Source: a virus. Taken from it: DNA of 49,486 nucleotides. The notes below the pieces were generated by a model, which saw nothing but the letters and a program-made list of their open reading frames with translations, was not told the origin of the DNA and searched no databases. A program made the translations under genes and the position numbers. Positions 1-7,670 of the stretch are shown piece after piece (position 1 is the stretch's first letter; each line of letters opens with the position of its first letter). Location: positions 1 to 49,486 of IMG/VR virus record IMGVR_UViG_3300045257_000116. One strand, written 5' to 3'.

Positions 1-127
1 TACGCGCCGACACAAGATTTCAGCGTGCCATCGCAAAAAGCTATGGCGTTTCGCAAAGGGCAATTTGGATGATTAAAACTGGGAAAACATGGAGGCATGT
101 GCGGTGACAATTAAATACCACAACGAT
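1..127. repeat. Terminal direct repeat, copy 1 of 2 (127 bp)
   Basis: Bases 1..127 are identical base for base to 49360..49486. This is typical of a circular or terminally redundant genome written linearly (unique length 49359 bp). Confidence 0.95.
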
Positions 128-784
128 CTAATACAGGGCAGTGATGATTGGATGGCCGCAAGATGCGGACTGCTGACAGCTTCGGAAATGAAGTTGATAA
201 TCACCCCAACGCTCAAAATTGCCAGCAATGATAAGGAGCGCGCCCATCTATTCGAACTTTTGGCCCAACGCATCACCAGATATGTTGAGCCTCAATATAT
301 TTCCTCAGACATGCTGCGCGGTATGCAGGACGAAATCGACGCCCGCGACCTGTACGCCAAGACATATTCGCCGGTCGCGGAGGTCGGGTTTATCACCAAC
401 GATAGGTTCGGCTTTACGATCGGCTATTCGCCCGATGGTCTGATCGGCGACGATGGCTTGATCGAATGCAAGGGCCGGCGGCAGAAATTCCAGATCGAGA
501 CGATCATCAACGGCGAAATGCCCGATGATTATATGCTGCAGGTTCAAACCGGCCTTCTCGTGACCGAGCGCGCCTGGCTGGATTTCGTCTCATTCTCTGG
601 CGGTCTGCCGATGGTGACGATCCGGGTCTATCCTGATCCGGTTATTCAGGATGCCATCATCGCGGCGGCATCTGCGTTCGAGAGCAGGCTTGCCGAGAAA
701 CACACGATCTATCGCGCGAACCTGCAATCGGGCGCGCGGTTCATTCCGACCGAACGCCGCATTACTCAGGAGATGTTTGCATGA
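89..784 (+). CDS. YqaJ-like viral recombination exonuclease (lambda Exo-type PD-(D/E)XK)
   Basis: 231-aa ORF with N-terminal LIQGSDDWMAARCGLLTASE (YqaJ-type signature) and SPDGLI...GLIECKG (D...ExK core). The start lies inside the terminal repeat. An in-frame GTG at 104 would give a GTGA overlap with the HNH gene stop across the junction. Confidence 0.8.
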   Translation: MEACAVTIKYHNDLIQGSDDWMAARCGLLTASEMKLIITPTLKIASNDKERAHLFELLAQRITRYVEPQYISSDMLRGMQDEIDARDLYAKTYSPVAEVGFITNDRFGFTIGYSPDGLIGDDGLIECKGRRQKFQIETIINGEMPDDYMLQVQTGLLVTERAWLDFVSFSGGLPMVTIRVYPDPVIQDAIIAAASAFESRLAEKHTIYRANLQSGARFIPTERRITQEMFA

Positions 785-1464
785 CCAGCGATATGAGCGC
801 CGTTATCATCCCCAAGAGCGATCAGATCAATGCGGACTCGCTGCTTTCCGGCCCGATCACGATCACCGTTTCCGGCGTCGAAATCCGACCAGGCACAGAA
901 CAGCCTTGCTCGATCCATTACCAGGGCGACAACGGCAAGCCGTATAAGCCGTGCAAGAGCATGGCCCGCGCGCTGGTGGCGTGTTGGGGACCGGATGCGA
1001 ATAACTATGTCGGCCGCAGCATGACGCTCTATTGCGATCCCAAGGTGACGTGGGGCGGCATGGCTGTCGGTGGCATCAGGATCAGCCATATGTCGCACAT
1101 CGAGCGCACCGAGACGCTTATGCTCACGGCGACCAAAGGCAACCGCAAGCCCTTCGTGATCCAACCCCTGAAACAGTCCGACGCCAAGCCGCCACCATCG
1201 ACCGCGGACAAACCACCATCCGCCGGCACCTTCAACATCATCGACGTAGACGGCAATCCTCATGATTTGGGGAACGCCGACAATTGGGCGATGCAGATCG
1301 AGAAGCAGGCGGGCAAAATGACGAGCGCGGCGCATGTGTCGGCGTTCATCGATCGGAACAACGGCGCGATTTCCGATGCCGCGCTGACGCATCCCGACAT
1401 TGCCGATGGCGTGCGGCTGATGCTGATGGAACGGAAGCACGATTTGGAGGGGGCGGGATCATGA
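781..1464 (+). CDS. Hypothetical protein downstream of exonuclease (possible ssDNA-binding/annealing partner, position only)
   Basis: 227-aa ORF with an ATGA overlap with the exonuclease stop. A Pro/Ala linker (KPPPSTADKPPSAG) sits between two halves. No motif recognised. Confidence 0.6.
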   Translation: MTSDMSAVIIPKSDQINADSLLSGPITITVSGVEIRPGTEQPCSIHYQGDNGKPYKPCKSMARALVACWGPDANNYVGRSMTLYCDPKVTWGGMAVGGIRISHMSHIERTETLMLTATKGNRKPFVIQPLKQSDAKPPPSTADKPPSAGTFNIIDVDGNPHDLGNADNWAMQIEKQAGKMTSAAHVSAFIDRNNGAISDAALTHPDIADGVRLMLMERKHDLEGAGS

Positions 1465-2063
1465 CAAACCCCCTCACCCCGGAAGCAGAAGCACCGATTG
1501 AGGCGGCGCGCAATCTTGGGCTCGCTTGCAAGAACGGCAAATTCGAAGTGACGGTTCCGGCGCAGACGAAATTCATGCAAGCCTATGATGCGCATGAAGC
1601 CTCACTCGCCTCCAAGGAATGCAGACCGCCTAGCGATGCGAAGGATGGAAGTCTTTGGTGGCTGACCAGGGGCGACGGAATGAAATGCGTCGGCGGCTGG
1701 ATGCTCGCGGACAAGGATCATGAATGGGACGTTATCGGCCACGGCAGGTTTACGCCGGGGCACGGTCACGCTTTCGGCTGGACCGTCCACAGCGAGTGCA
1801 TCTTCCCCGGGGATCGCAAGCGAATAGACTTCGCCAATTGGTCTTACAACACACTACCCGAGCGCACAGGAAATGTGGACTGGCAGCCTGACCTGCAAGA
1901 CCTGATTTACACGGCGATTAACCACGTCGAGGGCGACTACGGGGATGCCGATGAGAACTGTGCCGAGCAAGTCATCGAGCGGCTAGTTTTAGCGATTAAA
2001 TCGTTGCTCAGCGATACCACCGCCCGCGCCGTCGAGGCCCATATCCGTGGTGATGCGGAATGA
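1461..2063 (+). CDS. Hypothetical protein
   Basis: ORF-track ORF 1284..2063 trimmed to ATG 1461, which forms an ATGA overlap with the upstream stop. 200 aa. Confidence 0.6.
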   Translation: MTNPLTPEAEAPIEAARNLGLACKNGKFEVTVPAQTKFMQAYDAHEASLASKECRPPSDAKDGSLWWLTRGDGMKCVGGWMLADKDHEWDVIGHGRFTPGHGHAFGWTVHSECIFPGDRKRIDFANWSYNTLPERTGNVDWQPDLQDLIYTAINHVEGDYGDADENCAEQVIERLVLAIKSLLSDTTARAVEAHIRGDAE

Positions 2064-2407
2064 GCATGTCAGTAAAAGAGGCGCGTCGCGTCGTTCGAGA
2101 AATGAAGGTTAGGCTCGCCAAGCTGCCTTACATCTACATTAGGACGCCCATGCATGTTTTCGATGGCGGTCGCGGATCGGCCTGTCCGATCTGTGGGCGG
2201 TCTTGGAGGCCGCATCCCGAGCATGGAAGCGTAGCTGGCTTTTTGAGGGCGGCGGCATCAAACCACGTTTATAGCTGCATCAGACAGACTCCCGAAGAAC
2301 GGAGGGCTGTCGCGATTATTGACCTAGATAGGTGGAAGAAAAAGCCGCCCCTGCATTTCATCCATGTGAGCCTCATTCATCCCGGTTTTAAGGACGAGCC
2401 ATCATGA
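2060..2407 (+). CDS. Hypothetical protein (contains CPICG CxxC motif)
   Basis: 115-aa ORF with an ATGA overlap with the upstream gene. Confidence 0.55.
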   Translation: MSMSVKEARRVVREMKVRLAKLPYIYIRTPMHVFDGGRGSACPICGRSWRPHPEHGSVAGFLRAAASNHVYSCIRQTPEERRAVAIIDLDRWKKKPPLHFIHVSLIHPGFKDEPS

Positions 2408-2838
2408 CCGATCCCGACATACTGGCGAAGGTGGAGGCGATATCGTCGCTACTCGGCAAGGCTCGCGCTCGCATGGAGTCGGTTCGCGGTTGCAGCCTGA
2501 TCGACGCGGCGAACGATGGCTTGCGAGAACTCGAATCCGCCATAGCCCAAGCGTTACAGGACGAGCGGGATAGGCAGACAGCGCGGGTTGCTGAGTTGGA
2601 GGCGGCGCTGAAGGAAATCGCTGACGAAAGCCCCATGCCCGATGCTTTCGAGTTCTATGACCACTGGAATGATCCAGCCCCCTATCTGGTGCGCCACAAT
2701 GGCGAGCTCGTGGAATCGGGGATGAAATCAGACGACTACCAGGATTGGGGTTATCATGGATACGCGCGCGGCGTTCACTCGATGTCGCTTAAAGCCCGCG
2801 CCGCCCTTCAATCCACCGCATCGATGGACAAGCCATGA
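2404..2838 (+). CDS. Hypothetical protein
   Basis: 144-aa ORF with a 4-nt overlap with the upstream gene. The N-terminal half looks helical / coiled coil. Confidence 0.6.
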   Translation: MTDPDILAKVEAISSLLGKARARMESVRGCSLIDAANDGLRELESAIAQALQDERDRQTARVAELEAALKEIADESPMPDAFEFYDHWNDPAPYLVRHNGELVESGMKSDDYQDWGYHGYARGVHSMSLKARAALQSTASMDKP

Positions 2839-3044
2839 GCGACAAGGCCGTCAAATTCATGCGCGATCAAACGTTCAGCAATGACTTGGTCATTTCAGGC
2901 GGCGTCACGAAGGGCGGTCGCGTGACCTACCTCCTGCAAAGTGGTGCGAGCTACACGCTCGATGACGCGGATATCAAGACGCTGGACCGCTACCGCTTCA
3001 AGCCGAGATACGCACCCGCATCGAGAGAGGGAGAAAAGGGATGA
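2835..3044 (+). CDS. Hypothetical protein
   Basis: 69-aa ORF, translationally coupled on both sides by 4-nt overlaps. Confidence 0.55.
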   Translation: MSDKAVKFMRDQTFSNDLVISGGVTKGGRVTYLLQSGASYTLDDADIKTLDRYRFKPRYAPASREGEKG

Positions 3045-3901
3045 GCGCACCAGACTATAGCGTCCTTTTCGAGTGGGTCACAAAGCGCGAGGCCCTGCGC
3101 GTACTAAAATCCTCCGGCGCGCCCCACCCTTGGTCAGACGACCCTATTTTGACGGAGTTCCGATTCTGCAATGTCAGGCGCGAAGACGATATCGGCACGA
3201 TCTGGATTCGCGAACACATCCGCGAGCCCTTTGCCGATCACCCTATGCTTTGGCTGATGCTGTGTATTGCACGCCAGATCAATTGGCCTGATACGCTCGC
3301 CGAAATGATCGCCGGAAAGTGTTGGCCCTCCGAACCGCAATTTGATCCGTCATGGATTACCGCCTTGCTTAACTGGCGGAAAGAGCGTGGCGCGAAGATT
3401 TACACTGGGGCCTACATGATTTCCGCGCCATCAACCAAGGGCGCGGATAAGCAGGCCTATATTGCCGAAGACGTGATCGGCGGTCTGTGGAAACGACGAG
3501 ATTTCCTGGGAAGGTTTGAGGGCGCAACGCTTCAGCGGACGCACGAGCGGATCACGCAATCGAATGGCTGGGGCCAGTTCATGGCATATCAAGCCATTGT
3601 CGATATGCGCTTCACAGCCTTGCTGGAGAACGCATCCGATGCACAGACATGGGCAGCAGCCGGACCGGGCACGGTTCGTGGATTGAACCGGCTCTATGGT
3701 CGCCCCGTTGCTGGCGGATTAGCGCAGGGCCAAGCGCTTAGCGAAATGCGGGCGATATACAAAATCGTCCAGCAGGAAACCGGCGTCGCCATGGATTTCA
3801 GCGACGTGCCAAACATCCTTTGCGAGACCGACAAATATCTCAGGGTGCGGCAAGGCGAAGGAAAGCCACGGGCGCTCTATGTTGCCGGGAGGGGATCATG
3901 A
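3041..3901 (+). CDS. aGPT-pyrophosphorylase-like protein (putative DNA base hypermodification enzyme)
   Basis: 286-aa ORF. The N-terminal block GAPHPWSDDPILTEFRFCNVRREDDIGTIWI matches my memory of the W-x-DP-IL-x-x-(Y/F)RF(C/T)NV-x-RE-x-D signature of alpha-glutamyl/putrescinyl thymine pyrophosphorylase families. Not verified by search. Confidence 0.45.
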   Translation: MSAPDYSVLFEWVTKREALRVLKSSGAPHPWSDDPILTEFRFCNVRREDDIGTIWIREHIREPFADHPMLWLMLCIARQINWPDTLAEMIAGKCWPSEPQFDPSWITALLNWRKERGAKIYTGAYMISAPSTKGADKQAYIAEDVIGGLWKRRDFLGRFEGATLQRTHERITQSNGWGQFMAYQAIVDMRFTALLENASDAQTWAAAGPGTVRGLNRLYGRPVAGGLAQGQALSEMRAIYKIVQQETGVAMDFSDVPNILCETDKYLRVRQGEGKPRALYVAGRGS

Positions 3902-4203
3902 CCGACACACGCGCAGCGAGGCTAGCTGAGATCGAACGGCGCATTGAGGCGTCAAAGATTCACTGGCTGACCAAGGCTCCCGAGGGGTCAGGCCAGCCCA
4001 GCGTGTTCGTCACAAACGTCGATGAAATGCGCTGGCTCCTAGACCAACTCACCCTCGCCAACAAACAGGCCGGGGAGATGGCGATGCTGTTGCGGGATGG
4101 GGCAGACGCATTGGAAAGTCGGTCACTTCAAGAATGCGCGGGTGACGATCTTGCTAACGGCATGTTATACTTTGCGTACCCACTGAGGCCGCAATATGAT
4201 TAG
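3898..4203 (+). CDS. Hypothetical protein
   Basis: ORF 3820..4203 trimmed to ATG 3898 (ATGA overlap with the upstream stop). 101 aa. Confidence 0.55.
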   Translation: MTDTRAARLAEIERRIEASKIHWLTKAPEGSGQPSVFVTNVDEMRWLLDQLTLANKQAGEMAMLLRDGADALESRSLQECAGDDLANGMLYFAYPLRPQYD

Positions 4204-5008
4204 CGCATTCGACTCGGCTAATCAGGTCTGGGCGCTCGTATGTGGGCTTCCGCCGGGGAAAAGAGAGCGGCGGCTCATTATGGTCCTTAAGGCATTCTTT
4301 GACGGCAGTACCGAGGCTGGTGAGGCATTGATATTTGCTGGCTATATGGCTTCCGTGGAGACCTGGGCGAAGTTCTCAGAAGATTGGTCTGAGTTGCTTG
4401 CCGTGTCTCCGTCCATAAATCCACCTTTCAAGATGAAATCATTCTCACGGAATTTAGACCGTGCTGAAATACAGTACCAAGCAATTGCCCGTGCGGGATT
4501 AGCTGGAATAGGTTGTGCCATACCAATTCGGCCACTCGTTAAAGTGGCTGATGAGATCGGGCTACCTAAGAAATGGAAAAACCCCTATTATCTAGCTTGG
4601 CGCATAATTATAACCGAGGCGATCAGAGGGGCAAATATTCTTGGTTCACAAGAGCCCATTGAATTCATATTTGATGATCAAAACGACAAAGTAAGAATTA
4701 TAGAATCATGGGATCGCTATTATCAGAGTATGCCAGGCGATATTCGTGAACGGGTGCGAGGCATTCCGGGTTTTAAGAAAGATGATGATCTCGCTCCGCT
4801 CCAAGCGGCGGACCTGATTGCTTGGTGGGGTCGGAAGCAATATCTAAAAGATAAATCCAGAATGAAAGACCTATTTCCTGGAAAATGGACGAACTATAAA
4901 GACCCGACGCTATTGTTTTCTCCATTATCTGAAAGTGTGATCAGGGATATCCTTCACCACGACATAGAGATGTTCAATAATGGGAATAGGTCTGGCGTTT
5001 CTGCGTAG
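4196..5008 (+). CDS. DUF3800-like protein (low-GC accessory gene)
   Basis: 270-aa ORF. LKAFFDGS near the N-terminus and LAPLQAADLIAW near the C-terminus resemble the two conserved DUF3800 blocks. Hand-counted G+C is about 38% in 4621..4680, versus about 57% in 21601..21660. The internal ATG at 4280 (MVLKAFFDGS) may be the true start. Confidence 0.5.
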   Translation: MISAFDSANQVWALVCGLPPGKRERRLIMVLKAFFDGSTEAGEALIFAGYMASVETWAKFSEDWSELLAVSPSINPPFKMKSFSRNLDRAEIQYQAIARAGLAGIGCAIPIRPLVKVADEIGLPKKWKNPYYLAWRIIITEAIRGANILGSQEPIEFIFDDQNDKVRIIESWDRYYQSMPGDIRERVRGIPGFKKDDDLAPLQAADLIAWWGRKQYLKDKSRMKDLFPGKWTNYKDPTLLFSPLSESVIRDILHHDIEMFNNGNRSGVSA

Positions 5009-5446
5009 CTATTCCTTCGATGTCCGCACGAAATACATGCAGTTCGGCATAGAGCATCCATGGCTCGCACCTGAGCGCATTTCATATCCTTCCGGAAGGC
5101 CATCTTTGCCGATGACTACTCCGGGGGGTATTTCGTCTCCGTGACGTATTGCAAACGCAGGCGGCGGGTCTAATGGCGCTGGCGTAGGCGAGTGATCTCG
5201 CGCCTGACTTGCTGCAACGGCCATGCCGGTTATCGCCAGAAGCGTTGGCGAAGTAGCGAATCCTATGACGGTTAGGACGGCCGCCAGCGCATTAACCAAT
5301 AGACCGGGGAAATCCCCCGATCCCGCCGATGATAGCAATCCGATAAGGGTAATCAGAGCTGCGATCGGCACAAAGATCACGCCGAATGTTAAGATTCCCA
5401 GCACCGCGAATATGCAGGCGAATATGCCAGCGATCATAGGTCCCAT
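5009..5446 (-). CDS. Small integral membrane protein (3-4 TM helices plus about 70-aa soluble tail)
   Basis: ORF 5009..5581 trimmed to ATG 5446, which is preceded by GAGGGAGG. Hydrophobic runs include IAGIFACIFAVLGILTFGVIFVPIAALITLIGLL and LLVNALAAVLTVIGF. Its stop codon abuts the DUF3800-like stop (TAGCTA). Confidence 0.55.
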   Translation of the reverse strand: MGPMIAGIFACIFAVLGILTFGVIFVPIAALITLIGLLSSAGSGDFPGLLVNALAAVLTVIGFATSPTLLAITGMAVAASQARDHSPTPAPLDPPPAFAIRHGDEIPPGVVIGKDGLPEGYEMRSGASHGCSMPNCMYFVRTSKE

Positions 5447-5679
5447 CCTCCCTCTTGATGATCGGGGAGTTGGAAAAACCTCAGCTAGGCAAGGTTCGCA
5501 CGGGCCTTTAGGCTTTCGCCCTGAACATACGCCAATGCCTCCTCGACCATAAAGGTAGAGGAGTGCTTGTATCGGCAGCACTTAAGCCGCCTAGCTGAAG
5601 GGGTTTCCACGCCCCGGAACGGCAATGACCGTCCCAGGGCAATCTTAATCAGATAATCGCCATAGGGCGAGTCAAACGG

Positions 5680-5847
5680 CTAAGCCGATTTGTGAACAGT
5701 TTTCGCCGGCACGATCTTGGCAAATGTATGCTCGAACGCTTCGCCGGTTTCATCCGCCTCTAACTCTCTGGCGGTGTCGATAAAGCGTTGTTTTTGCGTT
5801 TTGGCCACTGCTTCCGGCGGCGCTTTCGCTTTCCCTTTGGCGGGCAT
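5680..5847 (-). CDS. Small hypothetical protein (55 aa, below ORF-track cutoff)
   Basis: Hand translation: MPAKGKAKAPPEAVAKTQKQRFIDTARELEADETGEAFEHTFAKIVPAKTVHKSA. ATG at 5847, TAG at 5680..5682. Confidence 0.3.
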   Translation of the reverse strand: MPAKGKAKAPPEAVAKTQKQRFIDTARELEADETGEAFEHTFAKIVPAKTVHKSA

Positions 5848-5871
5848 GATGCTTTCCTTTCCTTGGCTCGA

Positions 5872-6801
5872 TTAGCCGACCCGGTGACGAGTTGTTTGAT
5901 AGGTTAGGCGCTTGCCGACGACACCGGCAACCATGCGATCGGTGCGGTCAATGTCGTTCACGCCAAGCGCGATCCGGTTCGAATGGCGGAAGTCGAACTC
6001 GTACAGGTAACGCTTCAGGTGCTGTTCGGATACGTGCTGGTAGACGCCCGCCAGCCCGCGCTTCAGGATGCTGAAATAGCCTTCCACCGTGTTCGTGGTC
6101 ACTTCGCCACGGGCATATTCGCCCTTGCTGTGAGTGACGGTGGAATGCTTGTCGAAAGCGTACATCGCGCCGCTATAGAACGAAGCCTCATCGGTCATCA
6201 GGTGGCTATCGCCAGCGATGTGACGGGCCAAGATCGGGCCGACAGTGGCGCTGTTGACGTTGCGGACGTGGAATGAGCGGACAAGGCCATTGCGCTCTAC
6301 CAGCGACAGGATAGCGTGCTTGTGAGCAAGCCCCCGACGAACCGGCGCACCCAGTTTGAAGCCGTAATAGGTCTCGTCAACCTCAACCACCTTGCCTTCG
6401 CCGCCCATCGGGGGAAGCGCAGCGCCACCGTCCGACATCGCTTCGCGGATACGGTGAGACATGAACCAAGCGGTCTTGAGAGTAACGCCGATGGTGCGGT
6501 GAAGCTGCTGCGTGCTGATGCCCTTCTTGCTGGATGACATCAGGTACATGGCCTGAAGCCACACCTTCAGTTCGATGTGGGAGCTTTCGAAGATGGTCCC
6601 GACCTTCACGGTGAAAGGCTTGCGGCACTGGTAGCACTTGCGGACGCCGTGGCGGGTGCTGTCGCCCTTCAGTTCGCCAATCCGCTCCGTGCCGCCACAA
6701 TGGGGGCAGATCGGACCATTCGGCCAAACCCGCGCCTCTACGAACTTGTAGGCGGCGGCTTCGTCGTGAAAGTGCTTTGCGCTGAGAACTGACTTGGACA
6801 T
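5872..6801 (-). CDS. IS1595-family transposase
   Basis: 309 aa. It has the N-terminal zinc-ribbon PNGPICPHCGG...CYQCRKPF typical of IS1595 transposases, followed by a DDE-type catalytic region (VVEVDETY..., LMTDEASFY, NTVEGYFSILKRG). GGAG lies 7 nt upstream of the ATG. Confidence 0.85.
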   Translation of the reverse strand: MSKSVLSAKHFHDEAAAYKFVEARVWPNGPICPHCGGTERIGELKGDSTRHGVRKCYQCRKPFTVKVGTIFESSHIELKVWLQAMYLMSSSKKGISTQQLHRTIGVTLKTAWFMSHRIREAMSDGGAALPPMGGEGKVVEVDETYYGFKLGAPVRRGLAHKHAILSLVERNGLVRSFHVRNVNSATVGPILARHIAGDSHLMTDEASFYSGAMYAFDKHSTVTHSKGEYARGEVTTNTVEGYFSILKRGLAGVYQHVSEQHLKRYLYEFDFRHSNRIALGVNDIDRTDRMVAGVVGKRLTYQTTRHRVG

Positions 6802-6821
6802 GGCTAACTCCCTATGAGCTA

Positions 6822-6850
6822 AACATAATCCCGTCCGTTGGGTACGTCAA
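6822..6850 (-). promoter_or_regulatory. Candidate sigma70-type promoter of the transposase
   Basis: On the minus strand: TTGACG (6850..6845), 17-nt spacer, TATGTT (6827..6822), then GGAG and the ATG at 6801. Confidence 0.4.
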
Positions 6851-6988
6851 GTATAATATGCCGGGATAAAGACCTTTGCCAACCCCATGCCGCCGAATGG
6901 AAGCGCCGCACGCCAGCATAGCCCCGCGCTCTTTCGACGGCCACAGATACCCGGCAGACACCAAACCCGCCGCAGCCACCGGCCAGCG

Positions 6989-7016
6989 TTTACGGCTTAA
7001 CCCTACGCCATATAAT
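6989..7016 (+). promoter_or_regulatory. Orphan sigma70-like promoter in noncoding gap
   Basis: TTTACG (6989..6994), 16-nt spacer, perfect TATAAT (7011..7016). It points rightward, antisense into the end of the late operon, with no convincing downstream plus-strand ORF. Confidence 0.35.
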
Positions 7017-7114
7017 CGCGCTACAGCGCGTTTTCATTCTGGATGGCCCTGCGTACCGGACAATCCCCTTTGTCGCACCCACGCATCATTGAGCGCATTC
7101 CCTGCGATATCGGC

Positions 7115-7149
7115 AAAGAAAAGGCCCGGCGCATTGAAGCGGCCGGACC
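7115..7149 (-). terminator. Intrinsic terminator ending the long leftward late operon
   Basis: The minus-strand RNA GGUCCGGCCGC-UUCAAU-GCGCCGGGCC (10 bp with one bulge) is followed by UUUUCUUU. It lies about 55 nt after the stop at 7203. Confidence 0.6.
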
Positions 7150-7202
7150 AAGTGCAGGGGAAGGAACCGTCAGATGACAGTCGCTGATCCCGACATATCA
7201 CA

Positions 7203-7670
7203 TTATGGCGATGTGCCAATGTATTTCTTGTAGGCGGCGATCCAGTCGAGGCGGATGGCGTTTTGCGCGTCTTCGAGCGTGATCGTGTTCGCACAGACAA
7301 GAGCGTGGAGTTTGTTTTCGAGCTTATCCTTGACGTGCGCATTCCACGGCACCGCATCATAGCTTTGCGGCCAAAGGTTGCGCTGATCGTTCGCGCCGCC
7401 GAGTTCGAGGCTGATCAGATGATCGACTTCGCACCCCTCTTTCCCGACGCAATACCCCTGGTGCGGCAAAATCCCATAGGACTTATAGACCGCCATCTTT
7501 TCGGATTCCGGCACGTTGCGGAGTGCTGGCGTATGAGCGACCGGGCAAAGGTCGAAAGCCGTGACGCCGGTTCGAGCAACGCCCGGCGTCAGCTTCGGGT
7601 CGGGAAGATCGGCGGCACTGGCGGCAACGCTCGCCAGAACCGCCGCCAGCGCAAGGGGCGCAATCCTCAC
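7203..7670 (-). CDS. Secreted His-Me finger (HNH-like) nuclease-domain protein
   Basis: ORF 7203..7802 trimmed to GTG 7670 (GTGA overlap with the upstream stop). It has an Ala-rich signal/SAR-like N-terminus (IAPLALAAVLASVAASAA) and the core CEVDHLISLELGGANDQRNLWPQ (DH...N...NLWP His-Me finger pattern). Confidence 0.55.
   Translation of the reverse strand: MRIAPLALAAVLASVAASAADLPDPKLTPGVARTGVTAFDLCPVAHTPALRNVPESEKMAVYKSYGILPHQGYCVGKEGCEVDHLISLELGGANDQRNLWPQSYDAVPWNAHVKDKLENKLHALVCANTITLEDAQNAIRLDWIAAYKKYIGTSP

Larger units (their letters stand above)
5848..6870 (-). mobile_element. IS1595-family insertion sequence (boundaries approximate)
   Basis: Single transposase ORF plus its own promoter. 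I could not identify convincing terminal inverted repeats or target duplications by eye, so the ends are guesses. Confidence 0.4.

Noticed and set aside
5976-5984. GGTTCGAAT, a tRNA T-arm-like string.
   Set aside because: It lies inside the IS1595 transposase ORF, and no acceptor or anticodon stems can be drawn around it. No tRNA-like cloverleaf was seen in any intergenic region.
5580-6900. Terminal inverted repeats and target-site duplication of the IS element.
   Set aside because: Only weak partial matches were found by eye (for example TTGGCAAA near 5717 versus 6874 in inverse orientation). They are not convincing enough to report boundaries.
7011-7030. CGCGCTacAGCGCG followed by TTTT, just after the TATAAT box, as a plus-strand terminator.
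   Set aside because: The loop would be only 2-4 nt, and the structure would sit at or before the predicted transcription start. It is not a plausible terminator.
6876-7187. 103-aa plus-strand ORF in the 400-bp gap next to the IS.
   Set aside because: It has Pro/Arg/Ala-rich composition, no RBS, and overlaps the late-operon terminator. I treated the gap as noncoding (promoter and terminator only).
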